From: Candidatus Woesearchaeota archaeon
Lineage (GTDB): Archaea > Nanobdellota > Nanobdellia > Pacearchaeales > GW2011-AR1
Direction: 5' to 3'
Assembly (NCBI GenBank): GCA_964538235.1
Contig: CAZIFJ010000004.1
Coordinates: 1 to 39,834 of the forward strand
Length of the DNA: 39,834 bases
Each line of letters starts with the position of its first letter. Positions within the stretch are counted from its first letter, which is position 1. Below are positions 16,998-25,939 of the stretch, one piece after another. The notes under the pieces were generated by a model. It had not been told where the DNA came from. It did no database searches and was given only the letters and a program-made list of their open reading frames with translations. A program made the translations under genes and the position numbers.

Positions 16998-18695
16998 CTA
17001 AATTAATTCTCTAGATTCTTTCTCAATATCCTTCAATGTAGCAATCTCGCTCAAGGGTTTATCAGGTCTATAATTTTTTATTCTCGGAAATCTCAAAGCA
17101 AATCCTGAACTATAATTTAGACTTTTCTGAATATTTTGATAAGTAACAGAAACAACAACTTTCGGAGAAACTCTAACAATATTATCTTTCTCAGAAATAA
17201 TCAAAGGCTTCAAAAGTTTAGTCATCTCATCATATGTTGTTCCCTCTTCTTGCTCCTTCTCCTTTAATCCTGAAGAAACTTTTCCAATTTCCAAAAATTT
17301 TCCAGAATGCTCATTATCTCCACACGCAATTATATAACTTGTTAAGCCACCTGCTCTTTTTCCATTTCCATATTCAGCTCCAACAATTACAACATCCAGA
17401 TCAGTATTTTCAGGTTTCATTTTAGCCATATACCCAACTAATCTCCCAGGCTTGTATGGAGCATCCAATTTTTTTATCATAATTCCTTCCTCTCCAGATT
17501 TCAAAGCTTTTTTATAAAATTCCAATGCCTCATCAACATTATCTGTAATAAATTGCATCGAAGGTCTAATAACTTTTTCAATATTGGGAATAATTTTTTC
17601 AATTAATTTTCTTCTCTCAGAAAAATGAGTCAAAAAAAAATTTTTATCATTGTAATAAACAACATCAAAAATATTTATCTCAACAGGAAGTTTCTCAATC
17701 AGTTTATCAATGTCGTATTTTCTTTTAATTCTCTGACTTATCGCTTCAAATGGTTTATACTTATTTGTCTTAGAATCATATCCAACAACTTCAGAATCCA
17801 AAATAAAATTTTTTCCTTTAACATATTTTCTAACAGCGTCAACAACATCAGGAAATTGTTTTGTAACATTCTCCAATTTTCTCGTAAATAAAAATATTTT
17901 ATCATCTATTTTATGAATTATCATTCTAAATCCATCATATTTATGCTCGATTGCAATAGGACTTCCACAAACTCTAAATGCCTCATGAATATCTATAACT
18001 TTTATTGGCAGCATAACTCTCATTGGCTTCCCAGGAACAAGACTAATATTTTGTAAAGCGTCTTTTCCTTTAACAGCCGCCTCAAAAACTAAAGCATAAT
18101 CATTCGCTAAATCATAAGCCTCGCCAATTAATTCTTTCATCTCAATTTCATTCGGAAAAAACGCCTTAGCCAAAGCATCTCTCAAAGTTCCTTCAGCAAC
18201 TCCAATTCTCAAATCATTCAATAAAGTTCTAATAATATATTTTACCTCACCTTTCTCCGCAGAGACCAAAATTTCGGAAATCAAAATCATCTTTTTATCA
18301 ACAGCCCCCTTTCCCTCAATAAAAAAAAGTTTGTTCAAATTCTCAAAAACTTTATCAACACTTAATTTAGAAGAAAATAGTCTAGATTGTTTTTTCTTAT
18401 CTAAAAATTCTTCAGCAACTTCCCCTAAATCTCCGATTTTTTTAAGTCTTTCCAAAATTTTTTCAGGTTTTATTCCAAAAGAAATGCTCATCGCTTTTAT
18501 AGCAAGTTGTCGTGAAATTCCAAATTCCCTTGAATCATAATCCGGCAAAACTCGTCCATGTAATAAATAAACCCACTCACTTTTTCCGTGCTTACTCAAT
18601 TTCAAAAAAAACTTTGCAAGAATATCTTCTTTCTCCAACCTCTTTGTCGTCTTAGACAATTCTTCATACACTTCAACAAATTCAGAATATCTCAT
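16998..18695 (-). CDS. lig: ATP-dependent DNA ligase
   Basis: EHKYDGFR (motif I), FILDSEVV, IFDVVY, EEGIMIK, KMKPE, LDVVIVGAEYG and FALRFPR. Confidence 0.97.
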   Translation of the reverse strand: MRYSEFVEVYEELSKTTKRLEKEDILAKFFLKLSKHGKSEWVYLLHGRVLPDYDSREFGISRQLAIKAMSISFGIKPEKILERLKKIGDLGEVAEEFLDKKKQSRLFSSKLSVDKVFENLNKLFFIEGKGAVDKKMILISEILVSAEKGEVKYIIRTLLNDLRIGVAEGTLRDALAKAFFPNEIEMKELIGEAYDLANDYALVFEAAVKGKDALQNISLVPGKPMRVMLPIKVIDIHEAFRVCGSPIAIEHKYDGFRMIIHKIDDKIFLFTRKLENVTKQFPDVVDAVRKYVKGKNFILDSEVVGYDSKTNKYKPFEAISQRIKRKYDIDKLIEKLPVEINIFDVVYYNDKNFFLTHFSERRKLIEKIIPNIEKVIRPSMQFITDNVDEALEFYKKALKSGEEGIMIKKLDAPYKPGRLVGYMAKMKPENTDLDVVIVGAEYGNGKRAGGLTSYIIACGDNEHSGKFLEIGKVSSGLKEKEQEEGTTYDEMTKLLKPLIISEKDNIVRVSPKVVVSVTYQNIQKSLNYSSGFALRFPRIKNYRPDKPLSEIATLKDIEKESRELI

Positions 18696-18793
18696 AAAAT
18701 AAAAAAGAAAGTATGTATTTAATTGTTTTTAAATAAATTCCCAATCTATCTAATAAAAAATAACACATAGGTAAATTATCTCCTTAAAAATTT

Positions 18794-19249
18794 TTAAATC
18801 TTATTAGGAGAACCTTCGCCTCTTAGTCTCTTTATAATTTTTTTTAAAAAATCAAAAACCTTCTCAGCATATTCTTTATCTAAAATCTTTCCATAATAAG
18901 TAATAGAGTTTCTAAAATATCTTAATTCATTTAAAAAAGATATCTCATTGTCTGAAAACCCCAGCTTTCTAAGATAAGAAATCTCTGCTTCATGTGCATA
19001 GCTTCCTGATGAAGAATATCCTTCCAAAAGAAGTTTTGCTCTTATTCTTTCCATCATAATATCATAGCAGTCTTTTATTATAGAATTTGCATTCTTATTA
19101 TTTATTCCAATTATTCCAACTCTTTCTTTTAATCCTTCCAACGAAACTTCAGATTCATTTATCAAAAATTCCGCTCTCGGTTTATTTTGACTCGTCTTCC
19201 TAATTATTCCTTTCTGCAGATAGTATTCAAATTCTTTGGGCAATTTCAT
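18794..19249 (-). CDS. HEPN-domain protein (toxin partner of the MNT)
   Basis: Helical protein with CYDIM..AKLLLEGY, HEAEI and LRYFRNSITYYG (Rx4-6H position occupied by Y); overlaps the MNT stop (ATGA). Confidence 0.75.
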   Translation of the reverse strand: MKLPKEFEYYLQKGIIRKTSQNKPRAEFLINESEVSLEGLKERVGIIGINNKNANSIIKDCYDIMMERIRAKLLLEGYSSSGSYAHEAEISYLRKLGFSDNEISFLNELRYFRNSITYYGKILDKEYAEKVFDFLKKIIKRLRGEGSPNKI

Positions 19250-19815
19250 AAGTCAATACTTCCCGATAATAATATTCCATTCAATATGCTGTCTCTTAGA
19301 TGTTTGTTTATTTCTTTAAATGATACATAGAAATTAATGATTATAGTTCTTTCTAGTAATTTCTCGAATTTTTTTAAATCTACTTGCTTCTCTTTTGAAC
19401 CAATTATAGCAATGTCAATATCAGACCTATATCCTCCTGTCTCCTTAGTATAGATATCTTCTCCTCTTGAATAACTTCCAAAAAGAACAATTGTGCATCC
19501 AGGAAAATTATCTTCTAAAAATCTAATGATTCCAGATTCATAGACCATATTTAAATTTTCAACTCTTTTTAGATCAATTGCTCTTTGATTATCTCTATTA
19601 AATTCAATTGCCCATCTGCCAGAATCTTTATCTTTTTTTATTTTTACCAAACCTTTTTTTTCCAATTCTGGAAGGGCTTTTACTATTCCTGCCTGCGTTC
19701 TGTTGAGAGGTTTTGCTAATTCTCTCGCATTGAATAAGATACCTGATTTTATGAATAGATATCTTAAAATTTCTTGTTGAAGCAAAGTAAACTGCGGTTT
19801 ATATATATTTACCAT
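19246..19815 (-). CDS. HTH + minimal nucleotidyltransferase (MNT) antitoxin
   Basis: N-terminal wHTH (NARELAKPLNRTQAGIVKALPEL), then VLFGSYSRGED and SDIDIAIIG. Confidence 0.88.
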   Translation of the reverse strand: MVNIYKPQFTLLQQEILRYLFIKSGILFNARELAKPLNRTQAGIVKALPELEKKGLVKIKKDKDSGRWAIEFNRDNQRAIDLKRVENLNMVYESGIIRFLEDNFPGCTIVLFGSYSRGEDIYTKETGGYRSDIDIAIIGSKEKQVDLKKFEKLLERTIIINFYVSFKEINKHLRDSILNGILLSGSIDL

Positions 19816-19825
19816 AGTTTAGATA

Positions 19826-19843
19826 TATAAACTTAAGTTTATA
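19826..19843. promoter_or_regulatory. Perfect 18-bp palindrome overlapping the MNT-HEPN TATA box (putative autoregulatory operator)
   Basis: TATAAACTTAAGTTTATA is self-complementary and lies 11-28 nt upstream of the MNT ATG. Confidence 0.6.
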
Positions 19844-19905
19844 AAGATTTGTGAAGAAGAATTAAAAAATTATTTTTTCTGAAGAAGGAATTGAATTGTG
19901 AAAGA

Positions 19906-20178
19906 TTACATCCTAAATAATTCAGACTTATCTTTATACACTCTTCCTCTTTTATCCAGAACTTGAATTGTCAAAATCCTATTATTAAAATCAATATCAA
20001 CTAATGCCCGATAATCACCAATTCTTAATTTGTAATATTCTCCTTCATAATGCTCCAAGAAATGAAAAGGATTTTCTTTTATAGATTTAATTTTTTTCAA
20101 TATTCTTTCTGAAACATCTCTTTGGAGTTTCTTTAAGAAATTCAATGCTCTTTCATCCCATTCAATAGAAAAACTCAT
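19906..20178 (-). CDS. RelE/ParE-family toxin
   Basis: ERALNFLKKL..RILKKI..ENPF, YKLRIGDYRALV and VLDKRGRVY. Confidence 0.9.
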   Translation of the reverse strand: MSFSIEWDERALNFLKKLQRDVSERILKKIKSIKENPFHFLEHYEGEYYKLRIGDYRALVDIDFNNRILTIQVLDKRGRVYKDKSELFRM

Positions 20179-20384
20179 TTTCTAAGAATAATTCTCTCAA
20201 CTTCTTCGTGTGATATTTTTTTCTTACTTTTTCTAGCTTCTTCAAGTTCTTTCTTGGCCCAATCTGTCAATTCAATTTCTTCTATTTCTTTTTCTCCTTT
20301 TTGGGCTAAAAGCATCTCTTTAATTTGAGCCACATCACTTATTAACTTTCTTAAATCTTCTGTTTTAACATTTATATTTTCCAT
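20175..20384 (-). CDS. Antitoxin of the RelE module
   Basis: Small charged ORF with ELEEAR..KISHEEV, overlapping the toxin start (ATGA). Confidence 0.8.
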   Translation of the reverse strand: MENINVKTEDLRKLISDVAQIKEMLLAQKGEKEIEEIELTDWAKKELEEARKSKKKISHEEVERIILRK

Positions 20385-20439
20385 GATTTACTTAGAATCT
20401 TAAAGTTTAAAAAATTATCTATCAACTAATTCAAAATTC

Positions 20440-23400
20440 TCAATCAACTCCAAATTCCCAACTCGCATCTTTCCTATATGAAGAAACACTTGAAACAAAC
20501 TCAACAAAAATTCTATATTCTCCAGCAGAATCAATACTAAATTCTTCCGGATTAAATATCTTATCCAATTTTATTAAATCTCCGGACAAAATATCAACAT
20601 TCTCTTCAACAAAAATACCTTCAACATCTTCCCATTGCTCATCAACTTTTTCTTGAACTTTTATAACAACTTTTCCATTCACACTTTCATTTCCATTATT
20701 AACAATTTTAGATTGTGGAACAACTATTTTTGAAAATCTATCTACATTATTCTCAACATCAAGATCTCCTTCTAAAATTCCTTCTGCTTTTAACTGAACA
20801 TAATCTCCAACATTATCTTCTGGAACATAATTGAAAATAATTTCTCTTCCTTCAAGAGAAGTAATGCTCTCTATGTTCTTACTGTCTATTAAAATATCTT
20901 CTTCTACCCAATCATCTATCTCTTCAGAATAATATCTTTTTTGCTTATATAGATTAATCGTCACGTCCTTAGCTTCCTCAACACCAATATTCCTAACACG
21001 AACTTTAATTTCTTTAGAAACTCCTTCAACAAAATAAGAATCGTCATAAACAAAACCCAAATCTAAATCAGCATCTTGAGTTATAGCTCTAATATTAAAC
21101 TCCATTTTATTATTTCCTGGCCAGACCTCATTACTTGACTCAACAATCAAAAGTAAATTATCATACTTAGACACAGGAGTATATTCTAAACTATCATCAA
21201 TCCAATTATTAGCTTCTATATCGTCCAAATTTTTACTTTCTAAAAGTGTCCTATTTTCTTTTTCTTCATATTCTCCAGTATCTGGATTCTTAATCCATTC
21301 TCTTTCAATATTGTATAAAGAAACAACCACATCTTCGGCTTTTTCTAAGCCATTATTCCCAATAGAAAAATCAATACTAGACTCTTCTCCAATAATATAT
21401 ATTTTATCCCAAACATTAGAATAAATATCCAAATCAGCTCCTCTTCTCATAACTCTCACTGAAAACTCCCTACGATTATCTTCCAAATTATCATCTTCAA
21501 CTTCAGCTACAAGAGACAGCTCTAATAATCCTTCTTGTAAAGAAGTATATTCAAATTCAACGTCCGCAAAACTATTTACTTCAATACCTTCTATATTTTG
21601 TCTACCAATCTCCTCATCCCCTGAAAACAAAACAACATCAAACTCTCCAAAATCTTCAGAGCCAGTATTACGCAAAGAAAACACTAATTTACTCTCCTCG
21701 CCAACTAACATAAAATCAGAATGAATCCCTCCTATTTCTATATTATTAAATTTCTCAAACTGCTCATATGAATACTCATTTTGTAAAACCACATCATTTA
21801 CAACATCCACTCTTTCTCCAATAAAATTATAAGATAAACTTATTTCTCTCAATAAGATCTCTCCCTTAACTCTCGCTTTCCTTAACTCAACACCATCATA
21901 AACAAGAGAAACATTATATATTCCAGGAGTTAATGCCTCAAATTTATTAGAATCATAGGAAGAAGATGTCCCAAAATCTAAACTACTAGACAATTCATAT
22001 TCACCAGGAATACTTACATTCACACTAATATTTACAACCAGCTCATCATAAAGACCATCTCCATCCAAATCAACACCATAATCAACAACCTCTGGAATAA
22101 TTTTTGAATTATCAGTAAAAGATTCATACTTATAAGCTTGTGTAATAATTTCATCAAAAGAATCAACAATAATATTTCCATTCTTACCTTGACCTATCAA
22201 AACAATATTTGAAATTTTATAAGGACCATTAAGCTCATACTTTTTCAAGGATGGAAGATAAATAATAGCACTAACATTTTGCATACCTTTATCAAGCTCA
22301 AATTCCCAACTACGATAATTTCCAAAACCGGCTCCTAAAAATGAAGTTAAATCAAATAAAACAGAATAAAAAGATTTCTCTTTAACATCCAACTCAAAAC
22401 TAACATTTAAGAATTCAAATTTACCATCACTATTTAAGTCAATTAACTTTTCAGAATGCCCAACTATCAAAGCGCCCTTTACCAAAATTTTATTTCTTAT
22501 CTTATTATTAACTAAATAACTTTCATCTGTTAAAGATAAAACTTCTAAAGAAACTAAGTGCTCTCCTCCATTTCCAGGAACAAAAGAAAAGTTAAATTCT
22601 TTAATATCTCCACTTAAAACATTCAAAGTTTTACTCTCAATTTCCTCGTCATCGTAACTAAATTTCACAACAACTTCTTCATTGTCAAGACCATGATTTA
22701 CAACTTTAGCACTAACAACAGTTTCTTCTCCAATAATAATTTCGTCATCCAATTTAATATCAGAAATACTTACATCTTTTTCTCCTTTCTCCCCCTTCAT
22801 TAAATTTGTCCACACAATAGAATTATAAAAAAACTGTCTGTCTACTGCTTCTTGATAATAAATTTCTGGAAGATAAGTAAAATACACAGATGCACCCTTT
22901 TCAGATTTATATGCGCTGACAAAAACATCATCTTGTTCCTCTCCACTAGCAACTCTGACAACATCCTTGCTCTCATCCAACTCTAAATTAATAACAGAAT
23001 GAATAAAGACAGGAACATATGAGGTCGGAATATCTTTAGTTAAAATTCCATCATCCACAAAAATATTTAAGTTACTTATAAGTTCAGCATCATTACTATT
23101 CCAAAGCCCAATCGCTTCCTTAATTCCAAATAATTCAGCAAGCCCAATATTATTCTCAACAAGTTCTGACAAAGTCCCAGCAGTCCCAATTAATCCATGA
23201 CCCTCTTCAGTATATTTCTTAATCGCGCTAATCTCCTCATCTGTAAATTGCAAATTCATCCCACGCTGTCCATTTGCCCAAGCATTAGAAATAATCAAAA
23301 CATCCGCCCCACTATTTACAATATCTTCATAACTAATATCTTCTTTCATTAAGCTATCATAATCAATTTCAACTAAATAATTACCATAATTAAACCAATT

Positions 23401-25926
23401 TTCATTTAACTCATCAAAAATAGTGGCTCTAGCCGCCACATAATTTCCCCAAGAATCAAGCACAACTGCTTTTATTTTTCCTTCAACAATAGAAGCATTT
23501 ACATCTCCTAAAAACTCATTATTAGAACTAAGTAAATCTCCTTCAACATTAGAAATTTTAATCTCTATAGAATAAGATTTTTCTTCTTCAGGAGTATAAG
23601 AAAATTTAATCTTTTTATTTTCCTTAGCGAGTAGCTCAACACTACTTCTACTCTCTTCTATTCCATTAACTAATAAAAAGACATCGAAAGATTCATCATT
23701 TAAACCATAGTTAATAACCTCAGTATTAATCTCAAACTCTTCTCCAACAATCATGTAACTCAACAAATCAACATTAGATATTCCAACCTCATGCTCCGGA
23801 GGATTAAGCTCAAAATAAGATAAAAGAGCATTAATTACTCCATGACCATAATTATTATCCGGTCCTTCTTCACCTTTATCAATTACAGTTCTCGTCAACA
23901 AATCCTTAACTTCTCTTGGACTTAAATTAGGTTTAGCTTCCAAAAGTAAAGCCACATCTCCAGACACCATCGGAGTCGCCATAGATGTTCCAGAGTGACT
24001 ATCATAATTATCATTTCCTCCAGGAATAGAACTAGTAACCTCAACGCCAACAGCCGATACATCAGGTTTCAATCTTCCATCTTTTGTTGGACCTCTAGAA
24101 GAGAAACTTGCTATTTCTAAATTGTCATCAACAGCTCCAACAGTAATAACATCAAAAGCAGAAGCAGGAATCCCAACACTGTTTTCTCTAGGTCCGGAAT
24201 TTCCTCCAGCAACAACAACATTAATACCTTGTGCAACAGCATAATCCACAGCCTTTTCAACAGGAGTGGTTCCATCACTATTATAATTTGCTCCAAGACT
24301 CATACTAATAATATCAATTCCATATTTATCTTTATTCTGAATGACCCATTCAATTCCAGATATGACTCCATCAAAACTACCCCTTCCCTCACCACTCAAA
24401 ACCTTAACACCTACTAACTTAGCTCCTGGAGCAACTCCGATATATTTTCCTCCGCCTCCTGTACCTGCAGCAATCCCTGAAACATGTGTTCCATGACCAT
24501 GGTCGTCATAAGGTTCATTCCTAAAATTAATATAATCTTTAAAACCAATAACTTTAATATCTTCTGTAGATGAATCATCATCAAGATCATCAAGACTTTC
24601 ATGAGAAGCATCAATACCAGTATCTATAACAGCAATAGTAACTCCCTCTCCTGTTACACCAAAAGAATCTCTTAATAAGTCTAATTTTAAAGCAGGAATA
24701 GCACTATCTAACGAAACATTAATAAGATAATTAGGATACACAGCTTTAACATTTTCCATCATAGCTATACTATCAGCATCCTCTTCAGAAACATCAACTA
24801 AAAACCCATTAAAAATATATTTATATTCTTTCACAATCTCATTAGAAAAATCTCTCAAGTCAGCTTTAACTTCGATATGCTCACTCTTAATATTATTTTC
24901 AGCTTCCTTAATTTTATCAAAAGACTCGTCTTTCACTTTAGAATATTTTTTTCGTAAAGAATTAGCTTGAAACTCTCTAATAGGTTTTAAGAAAAATACG
25001 CCTTCATCTGCCTTAATACTTTTATCAATGGACTTCTCCTCAATATTTTTTAGCTGGGTTTCTACTTTATTTTCCACTTCAATCAAAGGCTCTTCCTTTA
25101 ACTCCACAAAATACCCCTGAATAATAGCCTCAGAGCCAACTGCCTTTGTATCCTCTAACCAAGCATTCACACCAACACTCAAAGAACCTGCCTCAACATC
25201 TTTATCAGGAGGATCAGTAAGAGTTAATGGTTCTCCAATTGAATAATAATTTTTTGTTGTAGATATAGAAAGATTTATATCATTTATTTCTATTTTTTCA
25301 TCTTCCTCGTTTTCTTTATTTAAAAATTCACAATTATCCTCAACCTTAATTCTAATCCCTTCTCCAATTAATTCATCTTGTGATTTAAAATTAATTTTTT
25401 TATTTAATGAAATAGAAGTCCAATTTTGTTTTTCTGCATCCCAATAACTCGCATCGCTAATTTCACAATCTCCTTTAATTTGCTCAAGACTCTTTCCATA
25501 AATTAAATCATTAATAGCAATTAAATTATCTCCCTTAAAAAATTCATAAGCTCCTCCTAATCTTTCAGGAGAAATAAACGAAGGAGAAACTTTGTAAATT
25601 AAAGTTCCTCCTTTAGCAGAAAAAACCCAAAAAGCATTCGCGTAAAAAGATAATGGCTCAACATTTCCAACTTGATAATTAGGTCTTATCTCAACATCTT
25701 CATTCGTTTCAGCATTATGATAAAAAGATTTCCATATCGCATTAAGGTTAAGTTCAGAATCTTCATGTAATTTTTCAGAAAAACTTATTCCTGCAACTAA
25801 ATTCCATCCTTTTTCTAATTCTTGCTCAACATAATAATTCTCATTTTCCAAAAAAATTCTTGACTCAGAAAAATTAGAGAATAAAATTAAAGAAATACAA
25901 AATAAAAAAATTATTTTTAATTTCAT
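20440..25926 (-). CDS. Secreted subtilisin-like S8 serine peptidase with I9 propeptide and multiple CARDB/Ig-like domains (1828 aa)
   Basis: Signal peptide; YKYIFNGF propeptide; triad VAVIDTG(I)-HGHGTHVSG-SGTSMATP; repeated V.N.G...NN CARDB-like units. Confidence 0.92.
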   Translation of the reverse strand: MKLKIIFLFCISLILFSNFSESRIFLENENYYVEQELEKGWNLVAGISFSEKLHEDSELNLNAIWKSFYHNAETNEDVEIRPNYQVGNVEPLSFYANAFWVFSAKGGTLIYKVSPSFISPERLGGAYEFFKGDNLIAINDLIYGKSLEQIKGDCEISDASYWDAEKQNWTSISLNKKINFKSQDELIGEGIRIKVEDNCEFLNKENEEDEKIEINDINLSISTTKNYYSIGEPLTLTDPPDKDVEAGSLSVGVNAWLEDTKAVGSEAIIQGYFVELKEEPLIEVENKVETQLKNIEEKSIDKSIKADEGVFFLKPIREFQANSLRKKYSKVKDESFDKIKEAENNIKSEHIEVKADLRDFSNEIVKEYKYIFNGFLVDVSEEDADSIAMMENVKAVYPNYLINVSLDSAIPALKLDLLRDSFGVTGEGVTIAVIDTGIDASHESLDDLDDDSSTEDIKVIGFKDYINFRNEPYDDHGHGTHVSGIAAGTGGGGKYIGVAPGAKLVGVKVLSGEGRGSFDGVISGIEWVIQNKDKYGIDIISMSLGANYNSDGTTPVEKAVDYAVAQGINVVVAGGNSGPRENSVGIPASAFDVITVGAVDDNLEIASFSSRGPTKDGRLKPDVSAVGVEVTSSIPGGNDNYDSHSGTSMATPMVSGDVALLLEAKPNLSPREVKDLLTRTVIDKGEEGPDNNYGHGVINALLSYFELNPPEHEVGISNVDLLSYMIVGEEFEINTEVINYGLNDESFDVFLLVNGIEESRSSVELLAKENKKIKFSYTPEEEKSYSIEIKISNVEGDLLSSNNEFLGDVNASIVEGKIKAVVLDSWGNYVAARATIFDELNENWFNYGNYLVEIDYDSLMKEDISYEDIVNSGADVLIISNAWANGQRGMNLQFTDEEISAIKKYTEEGHGLIGTAGTLSELVENNIGLAELFGIKEAIGLWNSNDAELISNLNIFVDDGILTKDIPTSYVPVFIHSVINLELDESKDVVRVASGEEQDDVFVSAYKSEKGASVYFTYLPEIYYQEAVDRQFFYNSIVWTNLMKGEKGEKDVSISDIKLDDEIIIGEETVVSAKVVNHGLDNEEVVVKFSYDDEEIESKTLNVLSGDIKEFNFSFVPGNGGEHLVSLEVLSLTDESYLVNNKIRNKILVKGALIVGHSEKLIDLNSDGKFEFLNVSFELDVKEKSFYSVLFDLTSFLGAGFGNYRSWEFELDKGMQNVSAIIYLPSLKKYELNGPYKISNIVLIGQGKNGNIIVDSFDEIITQAYKYESFTDNSKIIPEVVDYGVDLDGDGLYDELVVNISVNVSIPGEYELSSSLDFGTSSSYDSNKFEALTPGIYNVSLVYDGVELRKARVKGEILLREISLSYNFIGERVDVVNDVVLQNEYSYEQFEKFNNIEIGGIHSDFMLVGEESKLVFSLRNTGSEDFGEFDVVLFSGDEEIGRQNIEGIEVNSFADVEFEYTSLQEGLLELSLVAEVEDDNLEDNRREFSVRVMRRGADLDIYSNVWDKIYIIGEESSIDFSIGNNGLEKAEDVVVSLYNIEREWIKNPDTGEYEEKENRTLLESKNLDDIEANNWIDDSLEYTPVSKYDNLLLIVESSNEVWPGNNKMEFNIRAITQDADLDLGFVYDDSYFVEGVSKEIKVRVRNIGVEEAKDVTINLYKQKRYYSEEIDDWVEEDILIDSKNIESITSLEGREIIFNYVPEDNVGDYVQLKAEGILEGDLDVENNVDRFSKIVVPQSKIVNNGNESVNGKVVIKVQEKVDEQWEDVEGIFVEENVDILSGDLIKLDKIFNPEEFSIDSAGEYRIFVEFVSSVSSYRKDASWEFGVD

Positions 25927-25939
25927 GTTTCATAAAAAA

